Origin: Erysipelotrichaceae bacterium
GTDB taxonomy: Bacteria > Bacillota_I > Bacilli_A > RFN20 > CAG-449
Direction of reading: 5' to 3'
Assembly: GCA_022772105.1 (NCBI GenBank)
Contig: JALFBO010000029.1
Location: 1 to 44,537 of the forward strand
Length of the DNA: 44,537 nucleotides
The notes under the pieces were generated by a model. That model did not search any database. It worked only from the letters and a program-made list of their open reading frames with translations, and was not told where the DNA came from. The position numbers and the translations under genes are program-made. Position 1 is the stretch's first letter. Each line of letters starts with the position of its first letter. This document shows positions 1 through 8,759 of the stretch, in pieces.

Positions 1-360
1 CTTTTGCTGGATTAGATGCGAACACTAATTTATATATTCTCTCTTTGATTATAGGAACTTCCTTTTTTCTTCTTTCAACTCTTTCATCCGCTATTAGTTT
101 TTCTTTCTTATAAAGAGCTTTTATTTATATTTTCTACTTCACTTAACATATTAACTCTTACATCATTTTCTTCTATTATATTGTTTTCTTTTTTTGAAAC
201 AGTATTTATGTTTATGAATTTACCATGAATATTGTTATAAGCATTTATCCAATCTCTTAATGTTTCTCTATTTAATCTTTTCTCTTTTGCAAAGGTTGCG
301 ATCTCTTTCCTAGATAATTTACATTTACTACACTATTCGTATCTTTCTTGATCTTCATAA
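1..360 (-). pseudogene. Frameshifted HTH transposase-like remnant (IS3 OrfA-like flavour), truncated by the window edge
   Basis: There is no ORF of 60 aa or more in 1-650. Minus-strand translation gives MKIKKDTNSVVNVN.. from an ATG at 355-357, preceded by AGGAGG. In a second frame it gives ..LSRKEIATFAKEKRLNRETLRDWINAYNN.. (HTH-like). In a third frame it gives ..LYKKEKLIADERVERRKKEVPIIKERIYKLVFASNPAK. The reading frame is broken at least twice. Confidence 0.35.
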
Positions 361-472
361 AATCTTCTTTTTTCAATTTTTATTTCTATTAAAAAATACC
401 TCCTATGTCTAGGATAACTATTCATTTCATTTTTTTTAAGTTATTAATTTTGACGTATACATCAAAAAGTAC

Positions 473-501
473 AAAAAAACGCAATATTTCTATATTGCGT
501 C
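473..501 (-). terminator. Rho-independent terminator downstream of tRNA-Lys
   Basis: The minus strand reads ACGCAATAT-AGAA-ATATTGCGT (9-bp stem) followed by a TTTTTTT run. Confidence 0.6.
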
Positions 502-514
502 AATCTTCTTGAAT

Positions 515-590
515 TGGTGGACCCTTGGAGATTCGAACTCCAGACCCACTGATTAAGAGTCAGTTGCTCTGCCAGCTGAGCTAAGGGTCC
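515..590 (-). tRNA. tRNA-Lys (anticodon CUU), CCA encoded
   Basis: This is a 76-nt cloverleaf read by eye. The acceptor is GGACCCT/AGGGTCC and the D arm is GCTC-AGCTGGCA-GAGC. The anticodon stem is ACTGA/TCAGT with loop CTCTTAA (CTT). The T arm is TGGAG-TTCGAAT-CTCCA, followed by discriminator A and CCA. Confidence 0.9.
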
Positions 591-602
591 ATTTGCTTTA
601 AA

Positions 603-631
603 ATAATAATATATCTAAAAGCAATTTTCAA
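603..631 (-). promoter_or_regulatory. Putative sigma-A promoter for tRNA-Lys
   Basis: The minus strand reads TTGAAA (626-631), a 17-nt spacer, then TATTAT (603-608). It lies about 12 nt upstream of the mature tRNA 5' end. Confidence 0.45.
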
Positions 632-653
632 TACTAAAACAATTATTTGTTAA

Positions 654-1277
654 TTATTTTTCGTTTAATATCGATTTTATTTTTTGAATAATCATATCGG
701 AAGCCACTTTATGACCATAATCATTAGGTACAATAATATCGGCATAACGTTTTGTGGGTGAAACAAATAGATGATACATTGGTTTAACTGTGGAAAGATA
801 TTGGTCTATAATACCATTAAATTCTCTTCCTCTTTCAATCATATCTCTTCTAATACGTCTTATTAAACGGATATCTTCATCGCATTCAACAAATATTTTA
901 ATGTCTGATAAAGAACGAATTCTTTCATCCTCTAAAACAAGAATTCCATCTAAAATAATTACTTTCGCTGGTTCAATAAGATCATATTTATCGCTGCGTG
1001 ATTGAATCACAAAATCATAGATTGGTTTATTAATTGCTTTACCATCTATTAGTGAATTTAAATGTTCAATTAATAAATCATTTTCTAAAGATGAAGGATG
1101 ATCATAATTAGTCTTTTTTCTTTCTTCTAAAGAAAGATGAGATTGATCCTTATAATAATCATCATGTTTAATAATGATGATGTCTTCTCCTTCTAATGCT
1201 TCTTTTATTTCATTAACTACAGTAGTTTTTCCACTTGCTGAACCACCTGCAACAGCGATAATAATAGGTCTTTTCAT
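654..1277 (-). CDS. udk: Uridine kinase
   Basis: The N-terminal P-loop is IAVAGGSASGKTT. The protein is about 207 aa, with typical Udk blocks (DDYY, YDHPSS, D-F...LEG). Confidence 0.93.
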   Translation of the reverse strand: MKRPIIIAVAGGSASGKTTVVNEIKEALEGEDIIIIKHDDYYKDQSHLSLEERKKTNYDHPSSLENDLLIEHLNSLIDGKAINKPIYDFVIQSRSDKYDLIEPAKVIILDGILVLEDERIRSLSDIKIFVECDEDIRLIRRIRRDMIERGREFNGIIDQYLSTVKPMYHLFVSPTKRYADIIVPNDYGHKVASDMIIQKIKSILNEK

Positions 1278-1380
1278 AATCTAAATTTCCGTTCACTTCA
1301 TTATACATACCAAATAGGAAAAATTTCAACAATATGGTCATTTTATTATTTTATTGCATATACTTAAGCGAGGTACTTAT

Positions 1381-2175
1381 ATGGAGAAAAAAGGTTTAGT
1401 AAGCTTGTATGTAGCTTCCAAAGATGATACCGTGGAATCTATTTGTGAAAAACTAAAAATAGAAAGAGATATTTTATATCGTTATAATCCGTTACTAAAA
1501 ACTGTTCATGTTCATGAAAATATGCCTTTAACAATCGTTTCCTTTTTTAAAGAAGAAGAGTTACCTATTAGAAAAGAAGATAATCTAGAAGTCACGAAAA
1601 AAGGATACGAAGATGAAACTGAAGAAGTAAAAAAGCCACCTGTTTCTAATAAAAAAGAATTAAATAGATTATTAAGAGAAATCGCATTCTATTTAAAAGA
1701 GGGACTCTCTTCAAATACTTTCTACGAAGAAAATATTGCATCAGTCAGTGAAGAGTTAGAGGAGTTATACAAAGATTTAACGACGATATTTAAGAAATTA
1801 AATGATGAGAAATACAAACAAAAATTTATAAATTTTCTAAAAGAATTTGAAAAACAATATTTCGAAGCAATTAATATTATTAAAAAGAAAGATCCGGAGT
1901 TAATCAAACGATATCAAAAGAATTTAGAAATAATAACCTCCGATCTAGTAGCCTTTTTAGAGGAAGTTGAAGGAGAAATTAATAAGCCAAGCATTGTTGA
2001 AGCAATAAAGAGGCTTAGTGAGTTATTCCAATTATTTGCTTTAAAAATATCTACACTCCGCTTTAAGACAGCACAGACTGTATTTAGAGAGATTCTTCAT
2101 CAAATGGATTTATTAAGTGAAGCAATTGTGCTAGATGAAGAAAAGCAAATTGGTGTTAAAAAAGACAAAGCCTAA
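1381..2175 (+). CDS. Hypothetical protein with N-terminal LysM-like motif and acidic helical C-terminal region
   Basis: The ATG at 1381 is preceded by GAGGT. The tracked start at 1354 is a TTG without an SD. The N-terminus YVASKDDTVESICEKLKIERDILYRYNPLL...PLTIV fits the LysM pattern. No signal peptide is present. Confidence 0.7.
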   Translation: MEKKGLVSLYVASKDDTVESICEKLKIERDILYRYNPLLKTVHVHENMPLTIVSFFKEEELPIRKEDNLEVTKKGYEDETEEVKKPPVSNKKELNRLLREIAFYLKEGLSSNTFYEENIASVSEELEELYKDLTTIFKKLNDEKYKQKFINFLKEFEKQYFEAINIIKKKDPELIKRYQKNLEIITSDLVAFLEEVEGEINKPSIVEAIKRLSELFQLFALKISTLRFKTAQTVFREILHQMDLLSEAIVLDEEKQIGVKKDKA

Positions 2176-2193
2176 TAAGAAGCTTTGTCTTTT
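2158..2193. terminator. Bidirectional terminator between convergent genes
   Basis: The stem AAAGACAAAGC / GCTTTGTCTTT (11 bp) has a 10-nt loop that contains the TAA of the plus-strand ORF. An A-run lies upstream and a T-run downstream, so it can serve both strands. Confidence 0.6.
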
Positions 2194-2204
2194 ATATTCA
2201 AGTA

Positions 2205-3530
2205 TTAAAAGTAATCAATACCTTCTATTTTTTTATTATTATATTCATTCTTTTCATAATCCCAATAAGGATCTTTTTCGCCAAATAAGCCAAAGCCTTG
2301 ACGCTTTGCATATTCAAAGGCGTTAGTGAAATATGAACTATAAGGAACATCTTTCCATTGCAATTCTGGACTAATATCCTCAACTGAACATTTTTCAGAT
2401 AGACCATATTTTACAGTTAAGAAATTTGACATTACATATCTTCCAGTATAATCATTTCCTTTAATATCTTGTCCTCCATAACAGAAAACAAATCCCATGA
2501 TTCTTCCTCCATAGGAATCTTGTAATGATCCATCTAAATTAGTTTGGACATATAACTCTTTAGCGCTATGTAATAGTTTTGTTGTATATTCTTTAGCAGG
2601 ATATCCCCATTCCTCAATATTACCAGGATATGATTCAGTAGTATCTATAGCTTGATATCTAACTTTTACCACATCGCCATTACTAACATCGGCAATATCA
2701 GATAGTTTAACAGTATTACCATCAAACACAAAAGAAGGTGGGAAATGGAAATATGATGTATCTCCATCAATACCTCTATATAGATTAATTCTAATTGTTC
2801 CTCCTGATCCAATTAATGCTTTAGAAGAATTGTATTTAGCAAATGGCACTTCTAACCAGTCTTCATTTAATTGAGGACCTAACAATAACTCTTCAGGAGT
2901 AACAGTATTTTCAACATTACCTAATAATTTAGAGTATTCCTTATTATATTTAATCCATGAATATGTATCAAATAGTAATTTATTGTCTTTTAATGTTTCT
3001 GGAAGTAAATGATCAACTTTTCTAACGAATGTACAATCTTTTCCCCAGTCAGTTCTAAAACCAATATTTCCAAGAACATCAACAATATTACCTTCCTTTA
3101 CTAAAGCAATACTTTGTTTTCCTTGGAAAGTAAAGGTTGAAAGAGCATCAGCTTTTTCAATCAGAGCTTCATCTGCTTCATGACCAACAATAACATAAGT
3201 AGATTTAGCTTTTAATGTTCCTTTTAATTTATATGCATATGTTGGAACTAAATCTGCAGTGGTATAAATATATATTGAATAAGCTCCTAAATCAACATCA
3301 TTATCAGTAAAATTATATAATTCTAATGCCCTATTTGATGATGATCCTTCAAAATATTCTGAAAATATTACTTCTGTTGATGAAGAATAAGAAGCTTCTT
3401 TTAAAGTAGATTTATCTTCTTCAAGAAGATTCTTTGTCGCGGAATCAGAAGGGGAAGAAGTAGGTCCGCATGAAGCTAAAGCAATTAGATTTAATGCGGT
3501 TAATCCCATAATTAATAATCTTTTTTTCAT
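2205..3530 (-). CDS. Membrane lipoprotein nuclease: lamin-tail-like (LTD) domain + staphylococcal-nuclease (SNase) domain
   Basis: The ATG at 3530 is preceded by AAGGAG. The signal peptide plus lipobox reads MKKRLLIMGLTALNLIALASC. The LTD-like block is VIFSEYFEGSSSNRALELYNFTDNDVDLGAY. The SNase blocks are DGDT, VRYQAIDTTES, WGYPAKEYTTKLL and DSYGGRIMGFVF. Confidence 0.85.
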   Translation of the reverse strand: MKKRLLIMGLTALNLIALASCGPTSSPSDSATKNLLEEDKSTLKEASYSSSTEVIFSEYFEGSSSNRALELYNFTDNDVDLGAYSIYIYTTADLVPTYAYKLKGTLKAKSTYVIVGHEADEALIEKADALSTFTFQGKQSIALVKEGNIVDVLGNIGFRTDWGKDCTFVRKVDHLLPETLKDNKLLFDTYSWIKYNKEYSKLLGNVENTVTPEELLLGPQLNEDWLEVPFAKYNSSKALIGSGGTIRINLYRGIDGDTSYFHFPPSFVFDGNTVKLSDIADVSNGDVVKVRYQAIDTTESYPGNIEEWGYPAKEYTTKLLHSAKELYVQTNLDGSLQDSYGGRIMGFVFCYGGQDIKGNDYTGRYVMSNFLTVKYGLSEKCSVEDISPELQWKDVPYSSYFTNAFEYAKRQGFGLFGEKDPYWDYEKNEYNNKKIEGIDYF

Positions 3531-3548
3531 ATAATCTCCTTTATTGAG

Positions 3549-3582
3549 GAAAATAGATACCTTCAAAGCGAAGGTATCTATT
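3549..3582 (-). terminator. Strong intra-operon hairpin (partial terminator or RNA stabiliser) between the lipoprotein and nuclease genes
   Basis: The minus strand reads AATAGATACCTTC-GCTTT-GAAGGTATCTATT (13-bp perfect stem) followed by a short TTTT. Only about 20 nt separate it from the nuclease SD, leaving no room for a promoter. Confidence 0.5.
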
Positions 3583-3602
3583 AAATTTGTTTAATATTTT
3601 AA

Positions 3603-5435
3603 TTAAGCAGCGTACAAGCGTCCAACAAAGCTTGTTGAAGCATATGAAATCTTACTACCAGATAATGTAGCGAAAGTATTATAGGTTCCCATATAATATA
3701 CTGTATCGCTTAATGTATAAGTAAATGTCTTATATTCTGTATTCCAAGAGTATACTGTAGAAGCTGTATCTACAAAATTGAATTTAACTTTATTAGAAGA
3801 ATCTAATTCTGTATTCATATACTTTTCGCCAACTTTGATGTTATATCCACCTGCAACTGCTTCAAATTTAACATCTGCTGCTTCAGAAACTAATTTTGTT
3901 GTTGCTGGGAAGTTTCCAGATTTAACGTTTTTAGATAAGAATAATACTTCATTTGTTAATTTTGTATTAACAACACCAAATTTATAAGTTTTTGAAGTGT
4001 CTATAGCATCTTGAGCCACTAAAGAATGAGCTTCAGCTGTTACCTTATATGACTTTGTTTTTGTCGTTGCACCAATAGTTAATGAAACAGTTAATGTTCC
4101 TTCTTTCTTAGTTGCAGCAGGATTAATTTTTGCTTTACTACCTTCTACTTTAAATACTTCAGCATCATCTTCTGCTCCCCATGACCAAGTGATAGTAGGT
4201 GTGCCATATTTTGCATCTACTGAAGAAGGAAGATCAACTTCTGTTGCAATAGACATTTGTTTAGCAGGTGAGAAAGAACTTGTTAAATCTTCTAAAGCAA
4301 ATTTAGCTTTTTGTTCTTCAGTCATTGCGCTAATATCGACTTCTGGTGTTGCACCAATATAATAGAATCTTGAACCGTTTTGAACTGTTCCGTATGTTCC
4401 ACCAATTTCTGTTTCTTTACCTCTATAAACATCATATAAAGCAAATTGAACTTCTACGACAAGGCCATCTACTGGTTTTAAATTATCAAGATCTTTAAAT
4501 TTGTAGTAACCTAATAAATATTTTGTATTATCAGTTGGATCTACAAGAAGAACATTTGAACCATTTGCTGTTGAAGTAACAACAACTTTAGCTTTTGCTT
4601 TATAAATTTTAGCAAAGTCAGCAGCTGGAACTTTATATCCTGTCGCTGCAGCATCTAATTTAGTAACTAATTCCGCAATTGTTGTTGCTGTTGTTGCTGT
4701 TTCTGGAACTGCATTACCTGAACTTACTTTTTCATAGGAGATATTTACACCTTCTGGTAAACCATAGTAACGATAAACATCAACACTATTAATCTTTAAA
4801 TTATCGCCAACTTTAACTTCTTTAGCCATATTTGAATCATAAATATAGAAGTAAGATGTAGTATCAGCAACGATAACACCTGAAGTTGAGCAGAATCCAA
4901 TAACTGTAACATTATTCTTTAATCCGTATGTAATTACATTCTTGCTTGAATCATGACCATCAGCTAATCCAATTAATGCTGCTAAATTATCTAGTTTTTC
5001 AACTTGAGGTGCAGCTGGAACTGTAAATGTAATAGTCTTTGAAGCGACTGCTTCGTTAACTTGTACACTAGCGGTTAATGTAACTAATGTATCGTTTTTA
5101 AGTTGTTTAATTGTAACTGTGTATGTGCCATCCTTTTCAGAAATGACTGCTGCTTCACTATCAGAAACTAGTTTAACAGTATAAGTTTTTTCATTTTTTG
5201 TAACAGTAGAAGGGCAAGTAAATGTTGCTGTGACTGTTCCTTTATCTTGTGTTAAAATAAATTTCTTTAAAGCTGATTGAGCTTCTTGTTCATCTGCTGT
5301 TAATGAAGAAACTACAGTAGATGATGGATTATTGCTTGTTGTTTGTGATGAAGTATCACCTTTTTTTGCTCCACAAGAAGCTAGCGAAGCTGTTGCAATT
5401 AATAAAGACGCTAAAATTAAACTTTTCTTTTTCAT
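3603..5435 (-). CDS. Large surface lipoprotein (Ig-like repeats plus possible OB-fold-like modules), function unknown
   Basis: The lipobox reads MKKKSLILASLLIATASLASC, followed by a Ser/Thr-rich linker. Beta-rich repeats are present (TVTATFTCPSTV.., TLTVSLTIG..). Segments such as VTVIGFCSTSGVIVADTTSYFYIYD...VGDNLKI resemble the OB modules found in secreted nucleases. That domain call is an inference. Confidence 0.8.
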   Translation of the reverse strand: MKKKSLILASLLIATASLASCGAKKGDTSSQTTSNNPSSTVVSSLTADEQEAQSALKKFILTQDKGTVTATFTCPSTVTKNEKTYTVKLVSDSEAAVISEKDGTYTVTIKQLKNDTLVTLTASVQVNEAVASKTITFTVPAAPQVEKLDNLAALIGLADGHDSSKNVITYGLKNNVTVIGFCSTSGVIVADTTSYFYIYDSNMAKEVKVGDNLKINSVDVYRYYGLPEGVNISYEKVSSGNAVPETATTATTIAELVTKLDAAATGYKVPAADFAKIYKAKAKVVVTSTANGSNVLLVDPTDNTKYLLGYYKFKDLDNLKPVDGLVVEVQFALYDVYRGKETEIGGTYGTVQNGSRFYYIGATPEVDISAMTEEQKAKFALEDLTSSFSPAKQMSIATEVDLPSSVDAKYGTPTITWSWGAEDDAEVFKVEGSKAKINPAATKKEGTLTVSLTIGATTKTKSYKVTAEAHSLVAQDAIDTSKTYKFGVVNTKLTNEVLFLSKNVKSGNFPATTKLVSEAADVKFEAVAGGYNIKVGEKYMNTELDSSNKVKFNFVDTASTVYSWNTEYKTFTYTLSDTVYYMGTYNTFATLSGSKISYASTSFVGRLYAA

Positions 5436-5458
5436 TTTTTTATTTTCTCCCTTTTTTA

Positions 5459-6892
5459 TTAGCTAGCTGCGTATTCACATTCATCCATTGCGTTCTTGAA
5501 TGCGCTATCGATTGATTTTGTACCAGAAATAACGTTAACAATAATATTACCTACTTCATCACGAGCGGTTGATGAACCATTAAATGCTGCAGAAGTGAAA
5601 TAATATGGTAATTGTTGAACTGATTGATATGCAGCTTTAGCAATAACACCTGGTTTAGTATTTTGTGTTCTGCCATCAAGGTAAGTTTGATATGTTGTTG
5701 AGTTTTGAGCACTTTGAGTTACTGGAATATATCCAGAAGCTTTTGCATAATCAATTTGAACTTCATCAGATAATAAGAATTTTGTAACTAACCATGAAGC
5801 TAATTCTTGATCTGGAGCTTTATCGAACATACAAAGAGATGGTCCTTGAGAAATAACAGCGCTTGATCCTCCATCAGCAGCAGGAATCATTGCAATACCT
5901 GTTTCAAATGCATCTGAATATTGATATTGAGCACCACCAGTAGAACCAATACACATATAACATCTTGGATCAGTTTTTGATGAGAATAATGATGATGTAT
6001 ATGTTCCGTATAATGTTTGTGTTGTGAAGTAGCCTTCATCATACATATTAGCTAAAGATTGGACAAATGATCTATTTCCTTCATTGTCAAATAAGAATTC
6101 ACCTGATGTATTTGTGTAGTCGAATCCATATTGTTTAGCAAGTTCAATAAATAAGTTAGCTTCTGAGTCAATTCCAAGAGGAATACAGTTTTCATCGATA
6201 GCTAAGATATCTTCACATAATGTCCACATTTCACTCCAAGTAGTTGGAATTTCTAATTCGTTTGCTGTAAAGAAATCCTTATCATAATATAAGACTTCTG
6301 TTGATTTTGCAAATGGTAAAGCGTACATATGACCATCACCAAATGCAGCACCTTCACCATAGAATGCACCAGTAATATTAGAGCTATCAATACCAAATGT
6401 TGGGCTTTGAATGAATGAATCTAAATGGGTTACTACTTCTGCATTGTTATATAAAGCAACGTGATCAGGATAACAGAATGATAAATCTGGGTATCCACCT
6501 GTTGGAATAGCAGTAACAATAGCGTTACGTAATTCAGTATATCCTGAGTATGTAACTAATTCTACTTCAATATTTGGATAATCTGGTAAGTATTTTCCAT
6601 CTTTTAAATGGCTAGTAACAGTTGATTTTAATGTATCACCCATTGTTGACCAATATGATACTTTATATTGTTTTGAAGTATCAAAAGTAGTTGGGCAAGT
6701 TGAGTTTGCCGTTGTTGGGCTTAATGTAACTTCACCTGTTGATGAAGTACCATCATCCTTTGGATTAGCATTAGCAACAACATTCCATCCTTCAACAGTT
6801 AATCCTCCATTAGGTTTCTCTGTTTTACCACAGCTTGCTAAAGCTGTTGCTGTTAATAATAATGAAGCTAAAACTAAAGATTTCTTTTTCAT
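5459..6892 (-). CDS. ABC transporter substrate-binding lipoprotein (family-1 / CUT1-type)
   Basis: The lipobox reads MKKKSLVLASLLLTATALASC. Its size and position directly after two MalF/G-type permeases fit this call. The sequence character is typical of SBP_bac_1. Confidence 0.88.
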   Translation of the reverse strand: MKKKSLVLASLLLTATALASCGKTEKPNGGLTVEGWNVVANANPKDDGTSSTGEVTLSPTTANSTCPTTFDTSKQYKVSYWSTMGDTLKSTVTSHLKDGKYLPDYPNIEVELVTYSGYTELRNAIVTAIPTGGYPDLSFCYPDHVALYNNAEVVTHLDSFIQSPTFGIDSSNITGAFYGEGAAFGDGHMYALPFAKSTEVLYYDKDFFTANELEIPTTWSEMWTLCEDILAIDENCIPLGIDSEANLFIELAKQYGFDYTNTSGEFLFDNEGNRSFVQSLANMYDEGYFTTQTLYGTYTSSLFSSKTDPRCYMCIGSTGGAQYQYSDAFETGIAMIPAADGGSSAVISQGPSLCMFDKAPDQELASWLVTKFLLSDEVQIDYAKASGYIPVTQSAQNSTTYQTYLDGRTQNTKPGVIAKAAYQSVQQLPYYFTSAAFNGSSTARDEVGNIIVNVISGTKSIDSAFKNAMDECEYAAS

Positions 6893-6912
6893 TTTTATTT
6901 TTCTCCTTTTTC

Positions 6913-7827
6913 CTATCCCTTAATACCGCTTCTAGATACGCCTCTAATGATGTATTTTCTAAAGAATAAAAATACAAGGAATAAAGGTATAGAAACGATT
7001 GTACAAGCCGCCATTTGGATAGGATAATTTACGTTACCTGTTGAACTGACGCCTGTATCACCTGATGCTGTAAAACTTGCATTTCTTAACCATACAGAAA
7101 TCAACCAATAATCTTTGTTATGGTTTACAAGTTGGCACCAAATATATGAATTCCATGCACCCATCATTTTTAAAATAGTAATTGAAATAATTGAAGGGAG
7201 TGCTAAAGGAATCATAACCTTTAATAAGTATTTTAGATCACTTGATCCGTCAACTTTTGCCGCATAATATAACTCATCTGGGATTTGTTTAAAGTTTTGA
7301 CGTAATAAGTAAATATAAAATACGGAAACTAAGAATGGAACGACTAATACTTGATAAGAATCTAGCCATCCAAAGCTACTAACTGTAGCGTAGTTTGTAA
7401 TTGTAAATAATTCACCAGGAATCATCATTGTTGCAAGCAAGATTGAGAACAATGTTTCTCTTCCTTTGAATTTGAGTCTTGCAAAAGCATAAGCTGCAAG
7501 AATTGTTATTACAATTGAAAGAATTGTAGAAACAACACCAACGCATAATGTGTTAATCAATGCTCTCCAGAAGCCTGTAACATTCACAGCATCAGCATAG
7601 TTTGTCCAAACGATGTGTTGAGGGAAGAAAGTTGGAATTGCTCTTCTATATTCTTCCTCAGTTTTTAATGAAGAAATAATCATCCAATAGAATGGGAATA
7701 AGACGATTAAGGCAAATGCTACTAAGAATACATAAGTAACAACCTTAATAGTAATAGATACTATTTTTTGTCTTCTTCTAAGAGTTTCAAGATCTGTATT
7801 GGAGACTGTTGATAATTTTTCTGCCAT
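6913..7827 (-). CDS. ABC transporter permease (MalG/UgpE-like)
   Basis: There are six predicted TM segments. The EAA-type loop reads ..LYYAAKVDGSSDLKYLLKVMIPLALP.. and the SD is GGGAGGAG. Confidence 0.92.
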   Translation of the reverse strand: MAEKLSTVSNTDLETLRRRQKIVSITIKVVTYVFLVAFALIVLFPFYWMIISSLKTEEEYRRAIPTFFPQHIVWTNYADAVNVTGFWRALINTLCVGVVSTILSIVITILAAYAFARLKFKGRETLFSILLATMMIPGELFTITNYATVSSFGWLDSYQVLVVPFLVSVFYIYLLRQNFKQIPDELYYAAKVDGSSDLKYLLKVMIPLALPSIISITILKMMGAWNSYIWCQLVNHNKDYWLISVWLRNASFTASGDTGVSSTGNVNYPIQMAACTIVSIPLFLVFLFFRKYIIRGVSRSGIKG

Positions 7828-7839
7828 ATTTGCTCCTCC

Positions 7840-8757
7840 CTAATAATGAACTTTCTTAGAACTTACCCAGTTGTTAAATATAGTAAATGCTAAAATAATC
7901 ATAAATAATATTAAGGCACCAGCTGCCGCTCTACCATATTTAGCTAAACCAATTTGGTCATAAATATAACCAACTACAGTATTCATTTCAAATGTATTTA
8001 GTTGTTGACCAAAGATAGCAACAGAAGCCGTATATTCTTTAAATGAACCAATGAATCCAGTAATCAATACATAAGCAAGCATTGGGCTCAACATAGGAAC
8101 TGTAATCTTCATGAATGTTCTAAATCTTGAAGCGCAGTCAACTTTCGCTGCATCGTAATATTGTTTATTAACACTTTGTAATGCGCCTAGTAAAATAAGA
8201 ATTTTAAATGGTAGTGCATTCCAGATGATATAAACGCAAAGCACGAACATTTTTGTAAAGTATGTAGATCTACTTCCACCAATCTTACCGATATTAATCC
8301 AGTTGATATTAACTCCTAAAATGGAATTTATAACACCTGGAGTTGTAACCGTTTTTGGTGTACCGATCATTGTAAACATAATTGCAAATACCATACCAAT
8401 AGCAATTGTATTTGTAATATATGGTACAAAGAAGATTGTTTGTAAGAATTTTTGGAATGGTTTAATTGAATTCAAAGCAACAGCAATCAACAAAGCAAGA
8501 ATTGTTGAAACTGGAACTGTGACAATAGTAACAATGATAGTATTTTGTAAACATTGTTTAAATTGTGGATAATTAAACGCATCGATAAAATTTTGAAAAC
8601 CTACTGAAAACTTTTGATGGACTCCAAGAAGTGGATCATATCCATTTAGGAAAGCCATACCTAAGGTCTTAAAGAATGGATAGAAAGTAAATACCGCCAT
8701 TAAGATGAGTGTTGGCGCTAAAAATATCCAACCTCTCCATTGATGCTTACTTTCCAT
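7840..8757 (-). CDS. ABC transporter permease (MalF/UgpA-like)
   Basis: This is a multi-TM protein with the EAA-type loop ..YYDAAKVDCASRFRTFMKITVPMLSP.. Confidence 0.92.
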   Translation of the reverse strand: MESKHQWRGWIFLAPTLILMAVFTFYPFFKTLGMAFLNGYDPLLGVHQKFSVGFQNFIDAFNYPQFKQCLQNTIIVTIVTVPVSTILALLIAVALNSIKPFQKFLQTIFFVPYITNTIAIGMVFAIMFTMIGTPKTVTTPGVINSILGVNINWINIGKIGGSRSTYFTKMFVLCVYIIWNALPFKILILLGALQSVNKQYYDAAKVDCASRFRTFMKITVPMLSPMLAYVLITGFIGSFKEYTASVAIFGQQLNTFEMNTVVGYIYDQIGLAKYGRAAAGALILFMIILAFTIFNNWVSSKKVHY

Positions 8758-8759
8758 AC

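Noticed and set aside
2135-2407. Small ORFs at 2135-2326 (+) and 2225-2407 (-) near the 3' end of the nuclease gene.
   Set aside because: They overlap the nuclease CDS and the bidirectional terminator. They have no SD and a nonsense composition.
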